From Fibrobacteria bacterium (GTDB lineage Bacteria > Fibrobacterota > Chitinivibrionia > Chitinivibrionales > FEN-1185), in NCBI GenBank assembly GCA_037447435.1, contig JBBIGR010000007.1, forward strand, positions 32,001-96,000: a stretch of DNA of 64,000 bases, written 5' to 3'. Below the pieces are notes generated by a model. That model ran no database searches and was not told the DNA's origin. It saw only the letters and a list, made by a program, of their open reading frames with translations. This document shows positions 28,524 to 37,613 of this stretch, piece by piece; within the stretch, counting starts at the first letter, position 1, and each line of letters begins with the position of its first letter. Position numbers and translations under genes: made by a program.

Positions 28524-31040
28524 TTAATCAAGCTTAATGTTTATGGGCTTCACACCCCAAATATCGTCGGAGTATTGCTGAATGGTCCGGTCGGAGCTGA
28601 ATTTACCCATATTGGCAACATTAAGTATAGACATCTTTGTCCATCGGTCTTTGTCCAAATATGCCTGGGAGACCGCTTTTTGGCAATTATAATACGATTC
28701 GAAATCCGCCATGACCATATACCGGTCGCCGCCATTAAGCAGAGAATCGAAAATCGGCCTGAACAATGCCGGTTCCTCGGGGCTAAAGAAACCCAAACCA
28801 ATGAGGTCCATGACTTTTTTGAGTGTTTCGTTTTTATGATAATAATCCCAGGGATTATACCCTTTGCAACGCAAATCGTTCACCTCGTTTGCCCGAAGCC
28901 CGAAAATGAAAATGTTATCGTCGCCGACTTCTTCCCACATCTCTATGTTCGCACCGTCCATGGTACCAATGGTAACTGCGCCGTTTAACATGAATTTCAT
29001 GTTTCCCGTGCCCGAGGCTTCGGTTCCTGCAGTGGAAATCTGTTCCGAAAGGTCGGATGCGGGCATGATGAATTCCGCCAAAGAGACACGGTAATTCGGC
29101 AGGAAATGAACTTCGAGCAAACCGCGCGTGTCCGGATCGCCGTTGATGACGCCGGCGACATTGTTGATAAATTTGATAAGCAGTTTCGCCATATAATAGC
29201 CGGGAGCCGCTTTTCCCGCGAACAAAACGCAGCGGGGAACAATATCTTTTTTCTTCCCTTGCTTGATTTCATTGTACAGGGCTATGCAATTGAGCACATT
29301 GAGGACCTGGCGTTTATATTCGTGAATACGCTTGACCTGCACGTCGAACAGGGAATCCGGATTCAGGCGGATGTTTTCCCATTTCCGCAGGGTCTGGCCC
29401 AGGCGTTTCTTGTTCGTATACTTGACTTCCTGCCATGCGGCGCGGAACTGCGGATCGTTTGCAAACGGGATGAGCTTTTTCAGTTCCGACAGGTTTTTGA
29501 CCCAGCCCGGTCCGATTTTATCGGTAATAAGGGACGACAGCGAATGGTTCGACGCATACAGCCATCTGCGTTGCGTGATGCCGTTGGTTTTGTTGTTGAA
29601 TTTTTCCGGCCACATGTCGTAGAAAAATTTCACCAAGCCGTCGGTAAGCAGTTTCGTGTGAAGTTCGGACACGCCATTGACGGAATGAGAGCCGACAATC
29701 GCCAGATACGCCATGCGTACCTTGGGGTCGCCGCCTTCTTCGATGAGAGACATGTCGCGCAATTTCGTCACGTCGCCCGGATATTTGTACGATACCTGGC
29801 GCAGGAATTTGCTGTTGATTTCGTAAATGATTTCCATATGGCGCGGCAGCAACGTCTTCATCAAAGACACCGGCCATTTTTCAAGCGCCTCGGGCATCAG
29901 GGTATGGTTCGTATACGCAAAGGTTCGTATCACGATGTCCCACGCCTCGTCCCAGCCCAAACCGTGATCGTCTATGAGCAGGCGCATGAGTTCCACAATC
30001 GAAATTGCGGGATGCGTGTCGTTCAATTGAATGGCGACCTTGTCCGGGAACGCCTTGAAATCCTGATTGTTCGACAAATACCGGCGAATGATGTCCTGCA
30101 GCGATGCCGAGGTGAAAAAATGCTGCTGCTTGAGACGAAGTTCCTTGCCCGAATGGTTGTTGTCGTTGGGATACAGGACTTTGGAGATGTTCTCACTTGT
30201 CATTTTGTCCTGACAAGCGCCGATGTAATCGCCGCTGTTGAAGTACTGGAAATTGAACTCATGGGCTGCGCGAGCGCTCCACAGCCTGAGCGTATTGACC
30301 GTGTTGTTGTTGTATCCCGGAACCGGTACGTCGAACGGCAGCGCGATGACTTCGTCGGTGTCTACCCACGAAACCTGGGGCCGGCCAAGCGAATCGGTAT
30401 GGTACAATGTTTTGCCGTAATATTTGATGCGTATTTTGTATTCCGGTCTTTCCATGACCCACGGGTTAATATTCTGCAGCCATTGTTCGGGAAATTCCAC
30501 CTGGTTCCCGTTAATGATTTTCTGGTTGAAAATTCCGAATTCGTAAAGAATGCCGTACCCTACGGCCGGAAGCTCGAGCGTTGCCATGGAATCGAGAAAA
30601 CAGGCGGCCAAACGGCCCAAGCCGCCGTTGCCCAGCCCCGCATCGCTTTCCTGATCGAACATTTCCTCAAGCTCCAAACCCAAATCTCCCATTGCCTCTT
30701 TGCAGCTTTTGTAAAGACCGAGGTTCATGATGTTGTTCGAAAGCAGTCTGCCCATGAGGAATTCCATTGACATATAATAAATGCGCTTGACGTTTTGTTC
30801 GTGATATTGCTGTTTGCTTATTATCCACCGCTCTATGAGCCGGTCGCGTACCGTAAGGGCCATGGATAAAAACTGCGAATACGAGGTGAGCGAGTATTTG
30901 TCTTTCGCAAGATTGTATTCGAGGCTGTTGAGAAAACCGAGCCTGATGTTTTCCTTTTCCATTCCTTTAAAATGAATGGACCAGTTTTTATTGTTTCTGT
31001 CGATTTTACGGGTGGTTTCTTCCGAACCTGACTCGTTCAT
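28524..31040 (-). CDS. glgP: Glycogen/alpha-glucan phosphorylase
   Basis: LGNGGLGRLAACF, QLNDTHP, KRIHEYKRQ, EASGTGNMK (PLP lysine), TMDGANIE. Confidence 0.97.
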   Translation of the reverse strand: MNESGSEETTRKIDRNNKNWSIHFKGMEKENIRLGFLNSLEYNLAKDKYSLTSYSQFLSMALTVRDRLIERWIISKQQYHEQNVKRIYYMSMEFLMGRLLSNNIMNLGLYKSCKEAMGDLGLELEEMFDQESDAGLGNGGLGRLAACFLDSMATLELPAVGYGILYEFGIFNQKIINGNQVEFPEQWLQNINPWVMERPEYKIRIKYYGKTLYHTDSLGRPQVSWVDTDEVIALPFDVPVPGYNNNTVNTLRLWSARAAHEFNFQYFNSGDYIGACQDKMTSENISKVLYPNDNNHSGKELRLKQQHFFTSASLQDIIRRYLSNNQDFKAFPDKVAIQLNDTHPAISIVELMRLLIDDHGLGWDEAWDIVIRTFAYTNHTLMPEALEKWPVSLMKTLLPRHMEIIYEINSKFLRQVSYKYPGDVTKLRDMSLIEEGGDPKVRMAYLAIVGSHSVNGVSELHTKLLTDGLVKFFYDMWPEKFNNKTNGITQRRWLYASNHSLSSLITDKIGPGWVKNLSELKKLIPFANDPQFRAAWQEVKYTNKKRLGQTLRKWENIRLNPDSLFDVQVKRIHEYKRQVLNVLNCIALYNEIKQGKKKDIVPRCVLFAGKAAPGYYMAKLLIKFINNVAGVINGDPDTRGLLEVHFLPNYRVSLAEFIMPASDLSEQISTAGTEASGTGNMKFMLNGAVTIGTMDGANIEMWEEVGDDNIFIFGLRANEVNDLRCKGYNPWDYYHKNETLKKVMDLIGLGFFSPEEPALFRPIFDSLLNGGDRYMVMADFESYYNCQKAVSQAYLDKDRWTKMSILNVANMGKFSSDRTIQQYSDDIWGVKPINIKLD

Positions 31041-31351
31041 AATTATCCTTATGGAAAGGGTTAAAGGCTCGCAATCCTGAAGTGGATTTCCAACCTTTGA
31101 GTATATCAAGAAAACAAGATTTCAGCTACTGAATTATATAATAGTATCTACGCTTTTTTGCGTAGATGATCTCAACTAAAGCAATCCATCAGGGATCAGA
31201 TGGATTGGAAAGAATATAAAATAATTAATGGGGACCGGTATTTTAATGCCGGCTCGGCGGGTATTAAAATTATTTCATATCCGTTTCCATTCTCGTGCTA
31301 TGGAGAATGGGAAGGGATGAAGCGGATCGAAGGTTTTTTAATCCTACCCCT

Positions 31352-31537
31352 TTAATCGTTGATATCGCCGACCATGATATGGGTGCTGTTGTCCGGCGTA
31401 TTGAACCAAAACACGATTTTCTTGCCGTTTTCTATTATTGTAAAGCAGTCGAAAAGCGATGTTTTTTTTCCGCAGGGGGTTATTTTCGAATAGGTCTGTC
31501 TGGCTTTTTTAATCAAATGATGTTTGGTTTTGTTCAT
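31352..31537 (-). CDS. Small hypothetical protein (61 aa)
   Basis: GGAGG RBS, sigma54-like promoter upstream; PC...CFT...FWFNTPDNSTH pattern. Confidence 0.68.
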   Translation of the reverse strand: MNKTKHHLIKKARQTYSKITPCGKKTSLFDCFTIIENGKKIVFWFNTPDNSTHIMVGDIND

Positions 31538-31567
31538 ATACTGCCTCCTGGTTCAGTAATTAACTAA

Positions 31568-31609
31568 ACAAAACCAATGCCAGTTTAACGAAATTGTAAC
31601 GTATTGATT
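31568..31609 (-). promoter_or_regulatory. Sigma54-like promoter with adjacent IHF site
   Basis: Minus strand TGGCATT-GGTT-TTGT (31582-31568) and AATCAA-TACG-TTA (31609-31597, exact WATCAA-N4-TTR). Confidence 0.55.
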
Positions 31610-31746
31610 TGGTGGGTGTTTTGGTTAAGTCGCCGGGAGTTTAATAGGCAGATATTTCTTGGTCGGAAGTATTTGCCCGGTATAGGTGCGACCGGCCGGG
31701 CAATGCGGACGAATTAGCGAATAGTAACTGACACCCTCACGATAGT

Positions 31747-33507
31747 TCAATTGTTTATCATAGCCCTGCCGTATTGGATACTTCCGTTGTACTTTGCCAC
31801 ATACAAATACATGGCAGGCAAAAGATTTTTAAACGATACGATCGTTTTATCGTTTTGTATAGATACTGCATGCGGATGAATGCATCTGCCGTCGAGGGTG
31901 AACAAGGCAATATTTCTCCGTTCCCAGCCATTTGTTTCGCAAATAAAATTGATCGCATGCGGCTTTTGAATCATTTGCATACCGTTTAAGACCGGCGGCC
32001 CGGCAGTATTGGATGTTGCTTTTGAAGAGACAGGCCTGTATTTCACGCTTATTGAATGCGCTTTTTTAACATTGGTGAATGTGTATGTCGGGTTATTTTC
32101 CTGAATTATCCCGTCGATGACGAGACTGTCTATCTCGTATTTTGCTTTGGGTGTGATTAAAAAACTCTGGCTTGCGCCGTTTGTCACGTTGACCGAGCCC
32201 ATGGGAATAATCGAGCCTTCCGAATCCGAAGATGCGGTTATGCAGAACGAATTGCGGACATTTTTCATCCATAAAAATCTGCCCGTGATTTGCGGGTTGG
32301 ATGCGAATTTATCGGTGGCGTTTTCTATGGTGCCGACGGTTGCGAATTTGTCGGGCCGAAATTCCGTAAGGTAAATATATTCGTCCCGCACGTAATTGTC
32401 GCCGTCGGTGTTGCTGCTCGTCCCGGTGGTACCGTCGACGTAACCGGCATAATTACCGTTTGTCGTGGTCGCGAGGATAATGTCGAAATACGTATTTGCA
32501 AAGGGCACGAGGTCCGAAAACTTCAGCCCGAACCTCCCGCTTTTATAGGCTATCCACATGCCTTCGGCGTCATAGGCAAAATGATTCGAATCCTCTTCGC
32601 GGCTTCCTAAGGCGTAATCCCAAATCCAGCATTGGCTGCCGGCCGATTTGTTGGCCCGTAAATTCGCAAAAAACCATTTGATATTCGGTAATGCGATTGC
32701 ATCGTATTTTGCGACCCTCGCCGGATCGTCCTGTAACATCAAATGACACAATCCGAGCCGTACAAGGCTGTTTGTCACCATCCAGGCCTGGTTCCACGGT
32801 GCAGGGTCGAGCGGTTTATACGTGTTCGGCGTATCGGGGAAGTAATAGTGATTACTTTCGGAAGTCTTTATAAATCTCGCCAACAGCCACTTGTCAAGAA
32901 CGTAATCGGCTTCTTTAATGTATTTAAGCGCGCGGGCTTTATAGGTCGCCCCATATCCTTTGTGATCTCCAATGGCAACTTTCGCGTTCCAAATGGACGG
33001 CGTTTCTATAATCAGCTTTGCGCAGAACGCCATATGCGACAATACCTGGCCCTGTTCCACGTCGGCTGATGCCGGCGGCCCCACGGTAACGGGCCAAACA
33101 GGTTCTATGGCACCGGTCCATACCTTCAGTTGGCCTCCGTTTGCCGCAGTTGCCAGATCATTGCGGTCGGAAAGCGCCGCATCGCATAGGTAAATCATTC
33201 TGTCCAAAATGGCAGTATCTTTCGATGCTTCGTACATGAGGCCGCACGCTTCGATTGCTTTTCCGGATGCGCCAAAAACCCATACGTTATCGTACCAGCT
33301 CGACGGGGCGGTAATTTTCTGCTGCGCAAAGGTTTTAAAGGCATTTATTTCATTTTGCGTCAAGGCACCCGTCATGCTTTCCACAATCATCGATTGCGCA
33401 TACGTTCCCAGTGCAAAAGCCAAAACAGACAGTGCGGAAACGATAATTCTAAAAGGTTCTTTTCCGCCGCATCCTTTAAAAATTGAATCGGTATTTAATT
33501 TTTTCAT
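31747..33507 (-). CDS. Secreted protein: helical (possible alpha/alpha-barrel) domain, InlB B-repeat-like domain, T9SS-like tail
   Basis: Signal peptide; Trp/Asp/Glu-rich core; ITAS...GSIIP.G.V.V..GASQSF.ITP...Y.I; tail LFTLDGR...MYLY. Confidence 0.75.
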   Translation of the reverse strand: MKKLNTDSIFKGCGGKEPFRIIVSALSVLAFALGTYAQSMIVESMTGALTQNEINAFKTFAQQKITAPSSWYDNVWVFGASGKAIEACGLMYEASKDTAILDRMIYLCDAALSDRNDLATAANGGQLKVWTGAIEPVWPVTVGPPASADVEQGQVLSHMAFCAKLIIETPSIWNAKVAIGDHKGYGATYKARALKYIKEADYVLDKWLLARFIKTSESNHYYFPDTPNTYKPLDPAPWNQAWMVTNSLVRLGLCHLMLQDDPARVAKYDAIALPNIKWFFANLRANKSAGSQCWIWDYALGSREEDSNHFAYDAEGMWIAYKSGRFGLKFSDLVPFANTYFDIILATTTNGNYAGYVDGTTGTSSNTDGDNYVRDEYIYLTEFRPDKFATVGTIENATDKFASNPQITGRFLWMKNVRNSFCITASSDSEGSIIPMGSVNVTNGASQSFLITPKAKYEIDSLVIDGIIQENNPTYTFTNVKKAHSISVKYRPVSSKATSNTAGPPVLNGMQMIQKPHAINFICETNGWERRNIALFTLDGRCIHPHAVSIQNDKTIVSFKNLLPAMYLYVAKYNGSIQYGRAMINN

Positions 33508-33793
33508 AAAATGCCTTTTAAAATTAATCGATTAAGCTGCAATAGGGTATTCAAGCAGCCAATTTATTCTTAAAATAATCAGAGTGCCCGTATTTATTAT
33601 ACAACATTTTCAAAAAATAATCCGCAAATTTATTGAGCTAATTTTAAAACTAATGAACTTGAAAAAGAACTTTCAGAAAGTCCTGTACCGCCATTTTAAT
33701 TATCTTTTAGGTACTTTTAAATTGTAAAATTGCCCTAATGCCCGAATCGGCTTGGCCCGGAATACTGATGTATCGAACACCTTAAGGAATTTT

Positions 33794-35074
33794 ATGCTGA
33801 TTGCCGTTTCAATTCTGTTTTGCATTGCATATGCTCTTATTGCCATGGAAAACTTCATCAAAATCAATAAAGCCGCGATTGCCGTCATAGCGGGCGTGCT
33901 TTTCTGGGTATTGCTCGTCGCAAACGGCCACTCTGCCGAAATCAAAACGCGGTTTCTCGAGCAAACCGCGGACATTGCCGGCATCCTGTTCTTTTTAATG
34001 GGCGCCATGACCATTGTCGAAATCATAGACCTTCATCAGGGGTTTTCGGTGATTACGGCACTGCTGTCAAAGGGGAGCAAACGCCGTCTGTTATGGCTTG
34101 TCGGCCTTGTCGGATTTTTCCTTTCTGCGGTACTCGATAATCTGACCACGACCATTGTCATGGTGTCGGTGCTTTCGAAAATTCTCCCAAAACGCAACGA
34201 CTTGCTTTTATTTACCGGCGTGGTCGTCATCGCCGTGAATGCCGGCGGCGCCTGGTCGCCCATCGGCGACGTTACCACGACCATGTTATGGATAGGCGGG
34301 CAAATAACCGCCCTTTCGCTTATAGCCAAAAGCTTTGCGCCCAGCATTGCCTGCACGCTCGTTGCGCTTGTCTGGGTATCCGTCGCTATGGGTGAAAAGG
34401 GCGGCGAAAGGTTGGAACCCGGTGAAAAAATCACTATTGATAAAAATGAAAAGCGGCACGGCGCCAAGGTTTTTTTCATCGGAGCCGGCGGCCTTTTGTT
34501 CGTACCGGTATTCAAGATGGCGACCGGTTTGCCGCCCTATGCGGGCATGATGTTCGTGTTGGGATCGGTCTGGCTTTGCATAGAACTTTTGCATCGGTCC
34601 GAAAACGACGACTATCGGCAAAGCAGGTCCGTGGCATCTGCGCTGGAACGTATCGATTTGCAGAGCATATTGTTTTTCCTCGGGATATTGCTTTGCGTTG
34701 GCGCTTTACAAACCGTTGGCGCATTGCCGAACCTTGCCGCATGGCTGACTAAAAGATTCTCCAATGTCGATTCCATCGTCATGAGCATAGGGCTGCTTTC
34801 CTCGATAGTCGACAATGTCCCCCTTGTCGCGGCAAGCATGAAAATGTATCCGTTGACACAATTCGGTACCAACCATCATTTTTGGTCGTTTTTAGCGTAT
34901 TGCGCAGGCACCGGCGGCAGCATTCTCGTCATCGGCTCCGCTGCAGGAGTCGCGGCAATGGGTATGACGAAAATGGATTTTATCTGGTTTCTGCGAAAAA
35001 TCTCTCCAATGGCCCTTGTCGGGTATTTTGCCGGATGCGCGGTATATCTGGGGATGCAGGCATTGCTCCATTAA
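33794..35074 (+). CDS. nhaD: NhaD family Na+/H+ antiporter
   Basis: INKAA, FFLMGAMTIVE, LDNLTTTIVM, GGAWSPIGDVTTTMLW, SIVDNVPLVA, GTGGS...GSAAGV. Confidence 0.93.
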   Translation: MLIAVSILFCIAYALIAMENFIKINKAAIAVIAGVLFWVLLVANGHSAEIKTRFLEQTADIAGILFFLMGAMTIVEIIDLHQGFSVITALLSKGSKRRLLWLVGLVGFFLSAVLDNLTTTIVMVSVLSKILPKRNDLLLFTGVVVIAVNAGGAWSPIGDVTTTMLWIGGQITALSLIAKSFAPSIACTLVALVWVSVAMGEKGGERLEPGEKITIDKNEKRHGAKVFFIGAGGLLFVPVFKMATGLPPYAGMMFVLGSVWLCIELLHRSENDDYRQSRSVASALERIDLQSILFFLGILLCVGALQTVGALPNLAAWLTKRFSNVDSIVMSIGLLSSIVDNVPLVAASMKMYPLTQFGTNHHFWSFLAYCAGTGGSILVIGSAAGVAAMGMTKMDFIWFLRKISPMALVGYFAGCAVYLGMQALLH

Positions 35075-35141
35075 AAAAAGAAGAGAGCGGCTTGGCAATC
35101 GCTCTCTCCTTCAAGGGGTCGTTAATAAAAACTGTTTAAAA

Positions 35142-35582
35142 CTATTCCACTTTTACATCGATAGACCGCGGCTTTGCCGCTTCGGTTTTCCTAAGCGTCA
35201 GTTCGAGAACGCCGTTTGCGTATTTCGCTTCGACATGCTCGCTGTCGACGTGTTCGGGTAGCGCGAATTCCCTTCTAAAACTCCCGAACCTTCTTTCCAT
35301 ATGATAGAACATGTTTTTATCGCGTTCGGTTTTCTCTTCTTTCTTTTCGCCGCTGATAGAAAGGACCCTGTCCTTGATTTCTATGGCAATGTCCTTCTTG
35401 TCCAATCCCGGCATGTCGGCGGAAATTTTGTAAACATCCTTTTCCTCGACAATGTCTACGCGTGGATACGAGGTCAGGGTAATATCTCTGTCCCATGCCT
35501 TAAAAAAGTCGTTTTGAAGAAAACTGTCCAACAAATTCGAAAGAGAGTTTGCTGGGGTTTCGTAGCGAATGAGTCCGGACAT
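35142..35582 (-). CDS. Small heat shock protein Hsp20/alpha-crystallin
   Basis: PRVDI, ADMPG, ISGEK, ERRFGSFRREFALP, AKYANGVL; GGAGG RBS. Confidence 0.95.
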   Translation of the reverse strand: MSGLIRYETPANSLSNLLDSFLQNDFFKAWDRDITLTSYPRVDIVEEKDVYKISADMPGLDKKDIAIEIKDRVLSISGEKKEEKTERDKNMFYHMERRFGSFRREFALPEHVDSEHVEAKYANGVLELTLRKTEAAKPRSIDVKVE

Positions 35583-35610
35583 AAAAAGCCTCCTTGTTAA
35601 TTTGGATAAT

Positions 35611-35796
35611 TTATATTTTTGCAACAAATTCGTCGACTGTGGAAAGCGTATTCAGTATGATCCTAAGATTCAAGATATCGTCTTTTCCAATCACTTTGTC
35701 CCGTATCGGTCTTCCACCTAAAAAAGGTATGTAATCGGATTTTAAAACGTTTTCCAACTTTATAGAACGCTTGTCCACCACATGTCTCTTTTCCAT
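35611..35796 (-). CDS. Small hypothetical protein (61 aa), first gene of the Hsp20 operon
   Basis: GGGAGGA RBS before ATG 35796; lies between the sigma54 promoter and hsp20. Confidence 0.72.
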   Translation of the reverse strand: MEKRHVVDKRSIKLENVLKSDYIPFLGGRPIRDKVIGKDDILNLRIILNTLSTVDEFVAKI

Positions 35797-35845
35797 AGCA
35801 TCCTCCCGTGTGTTGGGTCTTATTTTTCTTTTCACTGCTATTAAT

Positions 35846-35861
35846 TGCAAGACGCATGCCA
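35846..35861 (-). promoter_or_regulatory. Sigma54 (-24/-12) promoter
   Basis: Minus strand TGGCATG-CGTC-TTGCA matches TGGCAC-N5-TTGCW spacing. Confidence 0.75.
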
Positions 35862-35911
35862 ATGCGAAAAACAGCCAAATTCCACTTGAAATCGATATTC
35901 CGTAAAGCATG

Positions 35912-35960
35912 TGTTTTATAATACGACAGAATGGCAACAAATATGTACCGTAATGAAACA
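35912..35960. promoter_or_regulatory. Two TGT-N11-ACA candidate enhancer-binding-protein sites
   Basis: 35912-35928 and 35944-35960, 32 bp apart, 50-100 bp upstream of the sigma54 promoter. Confidence 0.45.
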
Positions 35961-36137
35961 AAAAAGCAGGCCTTGCATACCGAGACACATTAATTACACG
36001 ATTTTTTGTTGTTTTAACTTTTGTCTCAATATTAATTATATAAAGGCCTTAAGAGCCCATAAAGGAACATTGCTTTAATGTCTTCAAAAATTAGCGGCTT
36101 ATGGGGTAATCCGCATAAAGTGTGCTTATCCGAGCAT

Positions 36138-36178
36138 ATTTTGAATACATTTTGGATACATTTTGAATGTTTCTGAAT
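36138..36178 (+). repeat. 11-bp tandem direct repeats upstream of the FIST gene
   Basis: attttgaatac attttggatac attttgaatgt ttctgaat. Confidence 0.7.
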
Positions 36179-36232
36179 TAAAAATACAGGAAAATCATTT
36201 TTTTTAAAATCCTACAGTAAGAGGTTTACAGC

Positions 36233-37606
36233 ATGCGAACATTACGCTGCGTTGCGGTTGTATCGGTATGCGCGGCTGTTCATTTTTTATCCCGGGCCAA
36301 CGCTCTGCCGCTATTGTCGGATTCCACAAAAGCCCAATCCTTTACCGAAGTCGGCACTGGGTGGAGCGTCAATGAAAATCCCGGGGATGCGGTAAAAGAG
36401 GCCTGCGCAATGGCCTTGAAAGATAAACATTGGAAAAAGCCCGATTTTGCGGTTGTGTTTGCGACGTCGGGTTCCGACCTTCCGAAAATATTTACGCAGA
36501 GCAAAGATGTCCTGGGCAATAAAACGAAATTGTTCGGCGGTACGTCGGATTCGAGGACCGTGATCACCAATAAAGGGGTTGTCAAAGTCACGGACCGGCG
36601 ATACGAATACGCATCCATGGAAGGCCGCCGGGGCCTATCGGTCATGACCGTTTCGTCCGACGAAATAACGTTCGGCGTCGGCTCCTCGGAATTTTCCGCG
36701 GGATCTTCTATTGTCAATAATGCGAAGGCAGCGGTGCTGTCGGCGATAGCCGGTGCCCATAAAACTGCCGATCAAAAACCCGCGGCAATACTGTTGTGCG
36801 CAACCAACCAGGTCGAAGAGGAATGCATTAACGGAATAGAGTCGGTGCTGGGAAAAAACATTCCCATTATCGGCGGCACGGTCGGCGGATGGAAATTCGG
36901 GGTGATGGGTGAGAAAAAGGTCTATGAAAAAGGCATCAGCCTTGCGGTCGTTTATACGAATTTACCGAGTGGCTGGACCTATGAAGGCGGTTTCGACGTC
37001 AAAGATCCGCATAGCGGCATCGTTACGAAAACGTCCGATAATTTTACGATTGCGCAAATCGATTACAAGCCCGCGCTCGACGTGTACAATAAATGGCTCG
37101 GCAACGACGTGTACCGGATGTTTTCCAAAATCAAAAAGCCCGACATCGTTTCCAATCTGATGACGTTGCATCCGCTGTATAGGAAATATACGGCGGCAAA
37201 CGGCCAAAATTATTATCTGTTCCAGTATCTTTGGATAAACGAGGAAACTCTCAAGAATAAAGCGATTCTGACAAGCGCCAAGGTGACGACGGGCGAAAGG
37301 CTGTATCTTAGCCATGGTACGTGGGAAACACTTTTAAATCGTATCGGGAATATGCCCAAAAACGTTCGTGCCAACGGCAATGTGGGGCAGGAACTCAAAC
37401 CTCTTTTCGGATACGGTGACATTTGTGCGGCAATTTTAGGAACCATTCCCGAAGAAGACAGGGTCAAAATATCGCCGCTGATCAATTATGCAAACGACCA
37501 CGCACCGTTTATCATGAATTGCACCTGGGGCGAGCAGGGGCTTTTCCCGGGCATCGGGAACAAACACGGAAACCTTTTCACGTCATTTTTTGTTATTTAC
37601 AAATAG
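36233..37606 (+). CDS. FIST N/C domain protein with N-terminal signal peptide
   Basis: PDFAVVFATS, LFGGTS, IPIIGG, IAQIDYKPALDVY, HPLYR, TWGEQG...HGN; signal peptide ending ANA. Confidence 0.85.
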   Translation: MRTLRCVAVVSVCAAVHFLSRANALPLLSDSTKAQSFTEVGTGWSVNENPGDAVKEACAMALKDKHWKKPDFAVVFATSGSDLPKIFTQSKDVLGNKTKLFGGTSDSRTVITNKGVVKVTDRRYEYASMEGRRGLSVMTVSSDEITFGVGSSEFSAGSSIVNNAKAAVLSAIAGAHKTADQKPAAILLCATNQVEEECINGIESVLGKNIPIIGGTVGGWKFGVMGEKKVYEKGISLAVVYTNLPSGWTYEGGFDVKDPHSGIVTKTSDNFTIAQIDYKPALDVYNKWLGNDVYRMFSKIKKPDIVSNLMTLHPLYRKYTAANGQNYYLFQYLWINEETLKNKAILTSAKVTTGERLYLSHGTWETLLNRIGNMPKNVRANGNVGQELKPLFGYGDICAAILGTIPEEDRVKISPLINYANDHAPFIMNCTWGEQGLFPGIGNKHGNLFTSFFVIYK

Positions 37607-37613
37607 ACATTAC

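Noticed and set aside
29106..30770. 554-aa ORF antisense to glgP
   Set aside because: Shadow ORF produced by the codon bias of a conserved gene; no motifs.
33510..33793. Na+/Li+ riboswitch upstream of nhaD
   Set aside because: No convincing conserved stems by eye; an Rfam scan would be needed.
35797..36000. CIRCE element for hsp20
   Set aside because: No TTAGCACTC-N9-GAGTGCTAA present; a sigma54 box was found instead.
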